Of a stretch of DNA of 64,000 nucleotides, positions 25,788 to 34,511 are shown one piece after another. The number at the start of each line of letters is the position of its first letter. Within the stretch, counting starts at the first letter, position 1. The stretch lies in IMG/VR virus record IMGVR_UViG_3300034117_001294, positions 164,850 to 228,849 of that record; one strand, 5' to 3'. Under the pieces are notes generated by a model. The model was not told where the DNA came from. It made no database searches and worked only from the letters and a program-made list of their open reading frames with translations. The position numbers were made by a program, and so were the translations under genes.

Positions 25788-26522
25788 ATGAAAGACATTC
25801 TTCAAGACATCGTAGGTCACACACATAACCTTGGTTTCCTAAACATTGTGAAAATTACTGGAGACGATAAAAAGACCTCCGTTGACAGTATGGCAGATGA
25901 CCGTTCAGTTATCATGTACGCCGAAACTGCTAACCCATATCCAGATATGATTGGCGTATTTGGTATGCCACAAATGAACAAACTCAAGTATTTGCTAGAT
26001 TGCCCTGAGTATAAAGAAGATGCTAAGATTGAAGTTACTACCGCAGACCGTAATGGCGATACTATCCCAACTGGTTTGCACTTTGAAAATAAGACCAAGG
26101 ATTTTAAGAACGATTACCGTTTTATGAACACTGACATCATTAACGAAAAGTTAAAGACTGTTAAGTTTCGCGGAGTTAGATGGGATGTCGAGATCGAGCC
26201 CAGCGTTCAAAGTGTACAACGTTTTCAGTTCCAGGCGGCTGCAAACAACGAGCACACTACATTCCTTGCAAAGACTGATGGTGGTAATTTAAAGTTTACA
26301 TTTGGTGACCAAAGTACACACGGTGGTGAATTTATTTTTGCAACAGGTGTTACTGGTAGCCTAAATAAAGGATGGACATGGCCTGTTCAAAGTGTATTGA
26401 GCATTCTTAAAATTGCCGATGCAAACAATGCCAAAGTTAGTTTTAGCAATGAAGGTGCTATGCAGATTACATTAGATAGCGGTCTAGCTACTTACAAATA
26501 TATTATTCCAGCACAGGCATGA
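25788..26522 (+). CDS. putative DNA sliding clamp (gp45/PCNA-like)
   Basis: 244 aa, directly after polymerase; PCNA-like C-terminus (GAMQITLDSGLATYKYIIPA); clamp loader present in window. Confidence 0.65.
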   Translation: MKDILQDIVGHTHNLGFLNIVKITGDDKKTSVDSMADDRSVIMYAETANPYPDMIGVFGMPQMNKLKYLLDCPEYKEDAKIEVTTADRNGDTIPTGLHFENKTKDFKNDYRFMNTDIINEKLKTVKFRGVRWDVEIEPSVQSVQRFQFQAAANNEHTTFLAKTDGGNLKFTFGDQSTHGGEFIFATGVTGSLNKGWTWPVQSVLSILKIADANNAKVSFSNEGAMQITLDSGLATYKYIIPAQA

Positions 26523-26890
26523 TAAAAGGGTTAACCCACAGTGGACTATACCTCCAGGTAACTGGAGGCAGTCCAATGAATCCTTACATTCCTTCCGGAA
26601 ACCAATCAGCAGGTATGATGAGATATAATACCTCTAATCATAATATAGAAGTGTATGACGGTTCATCGTGGCAAGAGTTAGCCAGCAGCTATGCTAGTGT
26701 ATCAATGACCAGTGAAGCAGTAGCATTGCTTGACTGGGCTCGAAAGAAGCGTGACGAAGAATTGCAACTTGAAGCATTGGCCCGAGAACATCCTGCTATT
26801 AATATTGCCTTGGGCAATTTAAAGAAGGCCAAGATACAATTAGATGCTACAATAATATTAAGTAAAGAACATGACGAAACAACAAGTTAA
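26519..26890 (+). CDS. hypothetical protein
   Basis: GMMRYNTSNHNIEVYDGSSW motif plus helical C-terminus. Confidence 0.75.
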   Translation: MIKGLTHSGLYLQVTGGSPMNPYIPSGNQSAGMMRYNTSNHNIEVYDGSSWQELASSYASVSMTSEAVALLDWARKKRDEELQLEALAREHPAINIALGNLKKAKIQLDATIILSKEHDETTS

Positions 26891-28508
26891 CCTAACACCA
26901 TTACAGAAAGACTATGCTGTCTATTTGCCAGCTATTAGTAGTTTCTATAGTACCTATGTTGCCAAACAACGACTAGAAGAATTCGTGCCTAAAGCTCGAG
27001 TTCCGGCAGGATTTGATCGTGGTATTGAAGGTATGAATTTTTTAAATCCTGAACAAGGATATTTCACATACAAGTACGGTCTATACTCTGCGGGTCACGC
27101 ACAGTTGGACTTGAATAAGAGTATAACGCAGGAGTCAATGATCCAACAACGTGATCGCGGGAATACAATGATTCTGGGAGACTCCGGCGGATACCAAATT
27201 GGTAAGGGCGTTCTAAAGTTTGACTGGTTAGACTTTGAAGGTAAAAGTGCTACTAAGACACGCCAAAGTATTTTAGAATGGCTCGAGCTCACAGCCGACT
27301 GGTCAATGATGTTAGACGTTCCTACATGGGCTTGCGATCACATCCATAGTCCAAAGACAGGCTTAAAAACATTCGATGACTGTTTAGACAAGACTCGCTA
27401 CAACAACGATTACTTCCTAATGAATCGATTAGGCCAAACTAAATGGCTCAATGTTTTACAAGGTTCAGATTGGGACACTGCTGAAAAGTGGTATGCAGGT
27501 GTAAAAGAATTCAGCGATCCTAAAGGTAAGTATGCAGGTCGCGAAGCAGAAGGTTGGGCCTTCGGTGGTGCCAATATGTGCAAGATGGATATTACACTCA
27601 AGCGTCTAATGACCTTGCGTGAAGATGGTTTGCTGAAGGGCAAAAACTGGATCCACTTCTTGGGTACAGCACAACTCGACTGGAGTTGTTACTTAACTTT
27701 GATTCAACGACAAATTAGGAAACATATTAATGAAGAGCTTACCATATCTTTTGACTGTGCCTCACCGTTCATCGCAACAGCACACGGACTTGTCTACACA
27801 AACGCAGTCCACACGCCAAAAAGGTGGAGTGTTATTATGGACAAAGCCCCAGATAACAAAGCACTTTCAGGATCAGATATCCCGTTCCCATTCGAATCGT
27901 CAATCGGTCGCAGACTAACAATGAAGGATATTGCCTACTATGATCTAGGCGAGAGAAAGACTGACGCAGAATTAAATGGTGCTAAGTTTGATCACTTAAA
28001 TCCTGCTCACTATAACACTGTGCCGAGACTTAATAAACTAGGTAAGATTCCAAACAAAACATCGTGGGATAGTTTTGCCTATGCATTGATGATGGGTCAT
28101 AATGTTGAGTGTCATATTGTTGCGGTACAACGTGCTCAACAGTTAATGGATATTGAGATTGCCAAGACTTCCGGCAAGCTACATTGGACACATTGGAAAA
28201 AAGTTAAGGGCTCTGATATGAGCGACGAACACAGTGACTGGGTTCCTAGAAATGTGTTATACTTTAATACCTTTGTAGAGGATCTATTCAATACTAAGGA
28301 TAAAGCAGAAGCATTTGCAATGATCGAACAAGCTATGCCTTTCTTAAAGAGTTTAGAAGGTTCTCGCTTGCAAGGCGGTCCTGCTCAAAACAAGTTTAAC
28401 AACTTATTCGAAATTGAAGAAGTTACTACTTCGTCGGAAGTAGATTTAGAAAATCCAGACGATGACGACCTACGTTCTTTAGAAGAAGGAATTATTAATG
28501 AATCGTGA
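26871..28508 (+). CDS. tRNA-guanine transglycosylase-fold protein, DpdA-like deazaguanine insertion enzyme
   Basis: LGDSGGYQ, MMLDVP, LNVLQG, GWAFGG, IHFLG, SFDCASP, late HN; clustered with folE and queE. Confidence 0.8.
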   Translation: MTKQQVNLTPLQKDYAVYLPAISSFYSTYVAKQRLEEFVPKARVPAGFDRGIEGMNFLNPEQGYFTYKYGLYSAGHAQLDLNKSITQESMIQQRDRGNTMILGDSGGYQIGKGVLKFDWLDFEGKSATKTRQSILEWLELTADWSMMLDVPTWACDHIHSPKTGLKTFDDCLDKTRYNNDYFLMNRLGQTKWLNVLQGSDWDTAEKWYAGVKEFSDPKGKYAGREAEGWAFGGANMCKMDITLKRLMTLREDGLLKGKNWIHFLGTAQLDWSCYLTLIQRQIRKHINEELTISFDCASPFIATAHGLVYTNAVHTPKRWSVIMDKAPDNKALSGSDIPFPFESSIGRRLTMKDIAYYDLGERKTDAELNGAKFDHLNPAHYNTVPRLNKLGKIPNKTSWDSFAYALMMGHNVECHIVAVQRAQQLMDIEIAKTSGKLHWTHWKKVKGSDMSDEHSDWVPRNVLYFNTFVEDLFNTKDKAEAFAMIEQAMPFLKSLEGSRLQGGPAQNKFNNLFEIEEVTTSSEVDLENPDDDDLRSLEEGIINES

Positions 28509-29016
28509 TTATGCAACGGGCACTAGTGATCAGGTAATTTTCTTTACAGGAAAAGAAATTGAACATACTGCGGCATATGGAATGGACACTTTGTTTGTAA
28601 CAGGTGTCCAAAATCCAGCCGAAGTATTACTGCTTGCAAAACAAGAAAAAGTAAAACATGTATACTTTGGAGCAAATCAAAGTTTTAAACCAAGAAGTAC
28701 AGAAGAACTCGAAAATTGGAAACTAATGATTATGGCTCTTTTGAAACAAGATTTTTGGTGTACTCTAGATTTTGATTGCAAATATGCAGAAGATATTTTG
28801 GAAACGGGACTGAATGAGCAAAGAAAATTCATTTCGATGATTTCTGTTAAGCTACCCTACTTGACACAGTTCAATTATAATGCTACAATAAAGCTAGACG
28901 ACAAAGATTTTGAAGCAACTAATGCAGGAGTTTGGACGCATAGGTTGCACGACTTGTTGGATAGTAATAAGTTTACCGATTGGGATCAATATAAAGAGGA
29001 CGAAATAGCAAAATGA
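28498..29016 (+). CDS. conserved hypothetical protein in deazaguanine cluster
   Basis: 172-aa ORF overlapping the TGT-like gene; HVYFGANQSF, IKLDDKDFEATNAGVW. Confidence 0.75.
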   Translation: MNRDYATGTSDQVIFFTGKEIEHTAAYGMDTLFVTGVQNPAEVLLLAKQEKVKHVYFGANQSFKPRSTEELENWKLMIMALLKQDFWCTLDFDCKYAEDILETGLNEQRKFISMISVKLPYLTQFNYNATIKLDDKDFEATNAGVWTHRLHDLLDSNKFTDWDQYKEDEIAK

Positions 29017-29219
29017 AAGAGTTTACAGTTAAAGAAAATAAAGCGTTTAGACTTCGAGTACAAAGTAAAAAATGTCTTACTCCTACAGATTTAAACCATG
29101 TACAGTTTATTCAAGAATGTTTTAACAAAGATGGTGAAGTTGACTTTACTTCAAACTATCAATTTTTCCTAACCGATTCAGAGATTAAATCTCTTGCAAA
29201 GGAATTAGTTAATGACTGA
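29013..29219 (+). CDS. hypothetical protein
   Basis: 68-aa ORF, overlaps neighbours, GAGG RBS. Confidence 0.65.
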   Translation: MKEFTVKENKAFRLRVQSKKCLTPTDLNHVQFIQECFNKDGEVDFTSNYQFFLTDSEIKSLAKELVND

Positions 29220-29595
29220 TCTTAATATGATTTGGGTTACCTTTCGCAAGGAAGGTGTTCATCTGTATCCCGCAGCGGCCACAGATCCTAAACTTAAAAC
29301 AGGCGACATGTATGATGTTAGCTTCCTTGGTACTCCGCACCGTCATATTTTCCATTTTAAAATCTATATTCAAGTATTTCACGATGATCGTGATATTGAG
29401 TTTATTCAGTTTAAGCGTTGGTTAGAGCACTGCTACACAGATGGCACACTCGAACTTAACCATAAATCCTGCGAAATGATAAGCCGTGATCTTCACGGAA
29501 CTATTTCTGCAAGATATCCAGGTCGTGAGATTTGGATTGACGTAAGTGAAGACGGCGAGAATGGCTGCTTCATTAAATTTCCTTCAACCCTTTAA
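29212..29595 (+). CDS. QueD-like T-fold protein with LxxxHRHxF motif (DpdL-like candidate CDG decarboxylase)
   Basis: EGVH, FLGTPHRHIFHF, DIEF, SCE, VSEDGENG; lacks the CxxxHGH motif of canonical QueD. Confidence 0.7.
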   Translation: MTDLNMIWVTFRKEGVHLYPAAATDPKLKTGDMYDVSFLGTPHRHIFHFKIYIQVFHDDRDIEFIQFKRWLEHCYTDGTLELNHKSCEMISRDLHGTISARYPGREIWIDVSEDGENGCFIKFPSTL

Positions 29596-29610
29596 TTAGG
29601 TATTATAAAA

Positions 29611-29865
29611 ATGGCACAGCCAAATTACATTCAAAAAACCCTGTTCATGAAACCCGAAGTTGAAAAGATCTTTGATGATCTCGATAAGTGGCTTGATTAT
29701 TGCCGTTTCAACTTGTTGGATTTTAATCCAGCAGACTTGTATCGCTCTCCAGAATACAAGAATTATCAGCGTTGGAACAGCGGAGGTGAACGTCGGCCTC
29801 GCACTGAATACAAGGGTAAAAACCCTCGTCCACAATACAACAGAAATGACAGTTTTTCTCGTTGA
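29611..29865 (+). CDS. hypothetical protein
   Basis: 84-aa ORF; IFDDLDKWLDYCR..FNPADLY. Confidence 0.7.
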   Translation: MAQPNYIQKTLFMKPEVEKIFDDLDKWLDYCRFNLLDFNPADLYRSPEYKNYQRWNSGGERRPRTEYKGKNPRPQYNRNDSFSR

Positions 29866-30940
29866 TTTAGAATCAGTTGAGACTAGGTACACGGGTCAGT
29901 GGAAGACTCATGTACCTAATCTCTTACGAAAGGCAGGACACAATGTTCAAATTATCTCTGGTCCCGCAGATATTCCTAGTGCTACTACCCCTGGGGCTTT
30001 TCTTAATTTTGGCGGCACAAACATCTACAAAGCTCGGCAGGTTGAGCAGATGGGTCGGCTATTTTGCGACGGAGCCGTTCATGCAGGTGATCATTTTATA
30101 TTTACTGATGCTTGGCACCCTGGTATCATCAATCTCAAGTACATGAGTGAACTGCTGGGTATTCCAGTAACAACACACGGTCTTTGGCATGCTGGCAGTT
30201 ATGATCCACAAGACTTCCTAGGACGTCTTGTTGGCAACAAGCCTTGGGTCAGACACGCTGAAAAAAGTTTCTACCATGCTTTTGATCACAACTACTTTGC
30301 CACAGACTTTCATATTCACATGTTTTACGAAAACTTGATCCAACCAGATCCGGATCGTAAAGCAAGTATGTATAAGACTGTATTTGACGATACGTTATTC
30401 AACAACAAGGTTGTACGCACAGGCTGGCCCATGGAGTATATGGATGATATACTTACCGCATACAAGGGTATGCCAAAGCGTGACTTAATTTTATTTCCGC
30501 ATCGTATTGCACCCGAGAAGCAAGTTGAAATCTTTCGTGACTTAAAAGAACACTTGCCACAATATGAATTTGTAGTGTGTCAGGATCAACAACTGACTAA
30601 AAACGAATATCATAATTTGTTAGGCGAAGCAAAAATAGTGTTCAGTGCTAACTTGCAGGAAACTCTTGGCATTAGCTGTTACGAAGGTGCCTTAGTAGAT
30701 GCCGTTCCAATGGTACCAGATCGTCTTAGCTACTCTGAAATGTATTTCGATACATTTAAGTATCCGGAAATCTGGACTCGTAACTGGGAAAACTATCAAG
30801 GCTATCGACCGCAAATATGTCAAAAGATAATGCAGTACATGGAAAATTATAATAAATTCCTTCCTCAATTAAACAAACAAGCACAGGATCTAACCAGTTT
30901 GTTTTTCAGTGCTAACATTCTTTTAGAGAATATAAAATGA
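29846..30940 (+). CDS. GT-B fold glycosyltransferase (GT4-like)
   Basis: ILFPHRIAPEKQ, ETLGISCYEG, PMVPDRLSYSE; start reassigned to ATG 29846. Confidence 0.8.
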   Translation: MTVFLVDLESVETRYTGQWKTHVPNLLRKAGHNVQIISGPADIPSATTPGAFLNFGGTNIYKARQVEQMGRLFCDGAVHAGDHFIFTDAWHPGIINLKYMSELLGIPVTTHGLWHAGSYDPQDFLGRLVGNKPWVRHAEKSFYHAFDHNYFATDFHIHMFYENLIQPDPDRKASMYKTVFDDTLFNNKVVRTGWPMEYMDDILTAYKGMPKRDLILFPHRIAPEKQVEIFRDLKEHLPQYEFVVCQDQQLTKNEYHNLLGEAKIVFSANLQETLGISCYEGALVDAVPMVPDRLSYSEMYFDTFKYPEIWTRNWENYQGYRPQICQKIMQYMENYNKFLPQLNKQAQDLTSLFFSANILLENIK

Positions 30941-31749
30941 ATGACTCTTTTTATCCCAGAATAGGAATTGTAGGGTTAGGCTTTGTAGGTGAAGCTGTTC
31001 GATCTTCTACCGAGTTTGTACCAGATAATGTTGTATGTGTGGACTCAGATGTACGTAAAGGATACGTTGGAACTTACGCAGAGTTGATGACATGTGAGGG
31101 CATCTTTATATGTGTCCCAAGTCCAATGAATGATGACGGAAGTTGTGATACAAGTATTTTAGAAAGTGTTTTAGAAAAACTAAAAGACTTTCGAGGTGTT
31201 ATTATTTCTAAAGTAACTGCACCGCCAAATGTATATCAACGTCTTAATAAAGTCTATCCTAATCTAGTACACAGTCCAGAATTTTTGACCGCGGCTAATG
31301 CCAGTAGAGATTATGCCAACGCAAAGTGGTGTATTATTGGCGGTGATGTTAGAGCATATCGAAACGAAGCAGAACGCATTATCAAAATGACGCAGCCGAA
31401 TTTAGAATCAGTTAAGTTCTGTAATATTGGAGATGCTGCCTTGGCCAAATATGCTATTAACAACTTTCTTGCTACTAAGGTAGTGTTCATGAATGAACTT
31501 TATCAACTAGCTGAAAAAGCTGGATTAAATTATGACGTGATTGTTAATTTAATTAAACAAGATGTACGTATTGGTGAAAGTCATATGCGTGTTCCGGGTA
31601 TAGATGGTTCTTTAGGATTTGGTGGATACTGCTTTCCAAAAGATACAGAAGCACTAATAAACTATGCCAAAGAACATAATGTTAACCTAAATGTAATTTC
31701 ATCAGCCGTGCAGAAAAATTTGCTACTACGGTTGACTGAACCTAAATAA
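30937..31749 (+). CDS. UDP-glucose/GDP-mannose dehydrogenase family (short form lacking C-terminal domain)
   Basis: GIVGLGFVG, FICVPSP, HSPEFL, KYAINNFLATKV.F.NE, GFGGYCFPKD. Confidence 0.88.
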   Translation: MNDSFYPRIGIVGLGFVGEAVRSSTEFVPDNVVCVDSDVRKGYVGTYAELMTCEGIFICVPSPMNDDGSCDTSILESVLEKLKDFRGVIISKVTAPPNVYQRLNKVYPNLVHSPEFLTAANASRDYANAKWCIIGGDVRAYRNEAERIIKMTQPNLESVKFCNIGDAALAKYAINNFLATKVVFMNELYQLAEKAGLNYDVIVNLIKQDVRIGESHMRVPGIDGSLGFGGYCFPKDTEALINYAKEHNVNLNVISSAVQKNLLLRLTEPK

Positions 31750-31760
31750 TAGTATAGAAT
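31732..31760 (+). promoter_or_regulatory. sigma70 promoter for folE, containing TAAATA
   Basis: TTGACT, 17-nt spacer, TAGAAT; TAAATA at 31743-31748. Confidence 0.6.
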
Positions 31761-31804
31761 ATATACATGGCAATCCACTGCCTCAACATCGGAGAAAAAC
31801 TACA

Positions 31805-32506
31805 ATGACAGATACAAGTAAAAACTTATCGCAAGCCATACGCGATAAAATGAAAGCAAACGGAAAAAGATTCTGGGCTGGTGATAATATTTCAGAATAT
31901 ATCAAACCCATGGATAAAATAGACCTTATCAACGAAGCGACAACCGCATTTGAAAAAGTGCTAGATACATTGCTTATTGATCGCGAAACTGATCCAAATA
32001 GTAAAGGCACAGCACGTCGACTGGCCAAAATGTACTACAACGAAATAATGGCAGGAAGATATGATGATGCACCAGACGCAACAGCGTTTCCAAATGATTC
32101 GGAGGACCGTTACGAAGGTATGTTGGTTGTTCGTAGCGAGCTTCGCAGTATGTGTAGCCATCATCACCAACCCGTTAGTGGCGTTGCTTATATTGGTATT
32201 ATTGCGGCTGAGAAACTCATCGGACTTAGCAAGTATACAAGGATCGCTCAGTGGTGTGCCCGTCGAGGTACTCTCCAGGAGGAACTTGCTAATGACATTG
32301 CTAGGGAAATCCAAAAAGCCACTGACGCCAAAGACGTAGGCGTTTACATTCAAGCAGTGCATGGATGCTGTGAGAATCGAGGTATTATGGCACATAGCTC
32401 ATTGACGCAGACTACTGTGCTTAAAGGTGCGTTTAAAGACGACCAAAGTACAAAGAAAGAATTCTTTGACAACATCAAACTACAGCAAGACTTTGCTCCG
32501 AGGTAA
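31805..32506 (+). CDS. folE: GTP cyclohydrolase I
   Basis: SMCSHHHQP, IGLSKYTRI, LQEEL, HGCCENRG. Confidence 0.95.
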   Translation: MTDTSKNLSQAIRDKMKANGKRFWAGDNISEYIKPMDKIDLINEATTAFEKVLDTLLIDRETDPNSKGTARRLAKMYYNEIMAGRYDDAPDATAFPNDSEDRYEGMLVVRSELRSMCSHHHQPVSGVAYIGIIAAEKLIGLSKYTRIAQWCARRGTLQEELANDIAREIQKATDAKDVGVYIQAVHGCCENRGIMAHSSLTQTTVLKGAFKDDQSTKKEFFDNIKLQQDFAPR

Positions 32507-32508
32507 TT

Positions 32509-32721
32509 ATGGCAACACGTAAAAAGAAAGAAACAACAATAGAGATGCCCGGCACAATCGGCGGTGCTAAGATAGTTTTTGCAGAAACAAAAGTTGTCAA
32601 AGGTAGTCACTTAACTGTTACCACTCATCCGGATGGTAAAACAACACTAGAGTGGGACGATGAAGCATTGTTACGTGATGTACGTGCGGCATTCACTAAA
32701 GGCTCAACACAAGGCGGTTAA
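32509..32721 (+). CDS. hypothetical protein
   Basis: 70-aa ORF, GAGG RBS. Confidence 0.65.
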   Translation: MATRKKKETTIEMPGTIGGAKIVFAETKVVKGSHLTVTTHPDGKTTLEWDDEALLRDVRAAFTKGSTQGG

Positions 32722-32722
32722 T

Positions 32723-32938
32723 ATGAATTCAGTAGATATGGCTAATAACTTAATCTTCAGAGCAAGACATCTGCAAGAATTTATTGTTACTACCGACGTG
32801 CCGGAAGACTTTAGATTTAACGGAGTAATACCGTTTGATATTAATATTGCAGATAATATATTAGAGGCCAAAGTTTACGGCGTTGACTTTGACGAAGCAG
32901 TGAATCGATTAAACGACTGGCTGGAGACATGCAAATGA
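32723..32938 (+). CDS. hypothetical protein
   Basis: ATG 32723 (MNSVDMANNLI...). Confidence 0.65.
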   Translation: MNSVDMANNLIFRARHLQEFIVTTDVPEDFRFNGVIPFDINIADNILEAKVYGVDFDEAVNRLNDWLETCK

Positions 32939-33396
32939 AATGGTTCCTAAACTTTTTAGAGCAAATTGGTCGTAAACGAATTGTAATGGACAGGCAAGAA
33001 AATGAACCGTATCTCGAACGCTACTACTTATTTCTTAAAGATAGAAAGCACTTCCCCTTTAATATCTTTCTTCACAAGTTCCTTAAGTCAGACCCCGATG
33101 ATGTGCATGATCATCCATGGCCTTACGCTACTTTAATCCTTAAAGGTGGTTATTATGAATGGACTCCTAAATTTAATTCACAAGGTGCCAAGATCGGTGA
33201 GACACGGCATTGGCGTGGGCCTGGTCACTTCCGCATTTGCCCTGCTACTAGCTATCACCGTGTTGAGCTTGAAGCAGGAACAGACTGCTGGACAATGTTC
33301 ATGCCTGGACCACAAAGACGTGAATGGGGATTCCTTGTTAATAACAAATGGATCCACAACGACAAATATCTAACTGATAGAGCAAATAATGGATAG
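32929..33396 (+). CDS. cupin-fold protein
   Basis: LHKF..SDPDDVHDHPW...GGYYE...YHRVEL...REWGF. Confidence 0.7.
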   Translation: MQMKWFLNFLEQIGRKRIVMDRQENEPYLERYYLFLKDRKHFPFNIFLHKFLKSDPDDVHDHPWPYATLILKGGYYEWTPKFNSQGAKIGETRHWRGPGHFRICPATSYHRVELEAGTDCWTMFMPGPQRREWGFLVNNKWIHNDKYLTDRANNG

Positions 33397-33667
33397 TAAA
33401 ACAAAAGAAGTAATGGACATTCTACAAGAAGAATGTGCAGAAGTAATTCAAGCGGTGAGCAAGATTAGTCGATTTGGCATTGACAACTTCAAGCCAGGCA
33501 AGCCCAAAACTAATCGAGAACACCTTGAAGAAGAATTGGGCGACATGCTGGCAATGATTGACATCATGCTGGAAAAGAATGTAATATCATTAGAACACTT
33601 AGAAGTTGCAAAAGCTGCTAAGATCGAAAAATTAAAACAATGGTCAAACATATATGAGCAAAATTAA
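33389..33667 (+). CDS. MazG-like nucleotide pyrophosphohydrolase
   Basis: LQEECAEVIQAVSK...LEEELGDML (ExxE...ExxD). Confidence 0.8.
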   Translation: MDSKTKEVMDILQEECAEVIQAVSKISRFGIDNFKPGKPKTNREHLEEELGDMLAMIDIMLEKNVISLEHLEVAKAAKIEKLKQWSNIYEQN

Positions 33668-34511
33668 AATAAGCGAATTATTCTATTCGATTCAAGGAGA
33701 AGGACGCTACATGGGCGTGCCTTCTGTATTTCTACGTACATACGGATGTAACTTTACCTGTCAAGGATTTGGCATGCCCCGAGGCGAGGTAAGTCACGAA
33801 GCAACAGACATTGCGGCACAGCATACAATGATAACTCCATTTACAGAGTACAAGTCTTTGCCTCTTGTTAGTACAGGTTGTGACAGTTATGCAAGTTGGC
33901 ATCCTGCATTTAAAGATCTAAGTCCAATGATTGAGGCTGACGGAATTGTAGAACGCATTATAGAAATGCTTCCTAACAACGAATGGGGGGATGCTCATCT
34001 TGTTATTACGGGTGGTGAGCCGTTGTTGGGTTGGCAGAAGGCTTACCCAGACTTACTGGATCATCCCAAGATGGTAGGGTTAAAAGAAATCACATTTGAA
34101 ACAAATGGTACAATGCGACTGACTAGTGCATTTAAAAATTATCTACGTATTTGGACTACAGAGAATCTAGAACGAGAAATTACTTTCTCAGTCAGTGCAA
34201 AACTACCTTGTAGTGGAGAACCGTGGGATGATGCTATCAAGCCAGAAGTTGTTTGCGATTACGAAAATTACGGCACAGCATATTTGAAGTTTGTTATAGC
34301 TACAGAGCAAGACTTTGCAGATGCAATGAAGGCAACTAAAGAATTCCGTGATGCAGGATTTAAAGGACACGTTTATCTAATGCCAGTGGGTGGTGTAGAA
34401 AGTGTCTATGCACTAAACAACAAGGCAGTGGCCATTATGGCAATGAACGCAGGCTTACGTTATAGCGACCGTTTACAAGTGCCGTTATTTAAAAATGAGT
34501 GGGGAACTTAA
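33654..34511 (+). CDS. queE: 7-carboxy-7-deazaguanine synthase (radical SAM)
   Basis: ISELFYSIQGEG..G.PSVFLR..GCNFTC...CDS, VITGGEP, FETNGT, SVSAKL, YLMP, RLQV. Confidence 0.9.
   Translation: MSKIKISELFYSIQGEGRYMGVPSVFLRTYGCNFTCQGFGMPRGEVSHEATDIAAQHTMITPFTEYKSLPLVSTGCDSYASWHPAFKDLSPMIEADGIVERIIEMLPNNEWGDAHLVITGGEPLLGWQKAYPDLLDHPKMVGLKEITFETNGTMRLTSAFKNYLRIWTTENLEREITFSVSAKLPCSGEPWDDAIKPEVVCDYENYGTAYLKFVIATEQDFADAMKATKEFRDAGFKGHVYLMPVGGVESVYALNNKAVAIMAMNAGLRYSDRLQVPLFKNEWGT

Noticed and set aside
29660-29845. N-terminal extension of the glycosyltransferase given in the ORF track
   Set aside because: Overlaps ORF 29611-29865 and begins at TTG; ATG 29846 is the more plausible start
31769-31782. 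Short GGCA-ATCCAC-TGCC hairpin in the folE leader as a riboswitch (e.g. preQ1)
   Set aside because: Only a 4-bp stem and no recognisable preQ1 aptamer consensus; insufficient evidence without covariation data
26871-34511. Ordinary queuosine tRNA-modification auxiliary genes
   Set aside because: No QueC, QueF, QueA or QueG in the window, TGT is highly divergent, and the context is DNA replication; DNA modification fits better, though tRNA activity is not formally excluded
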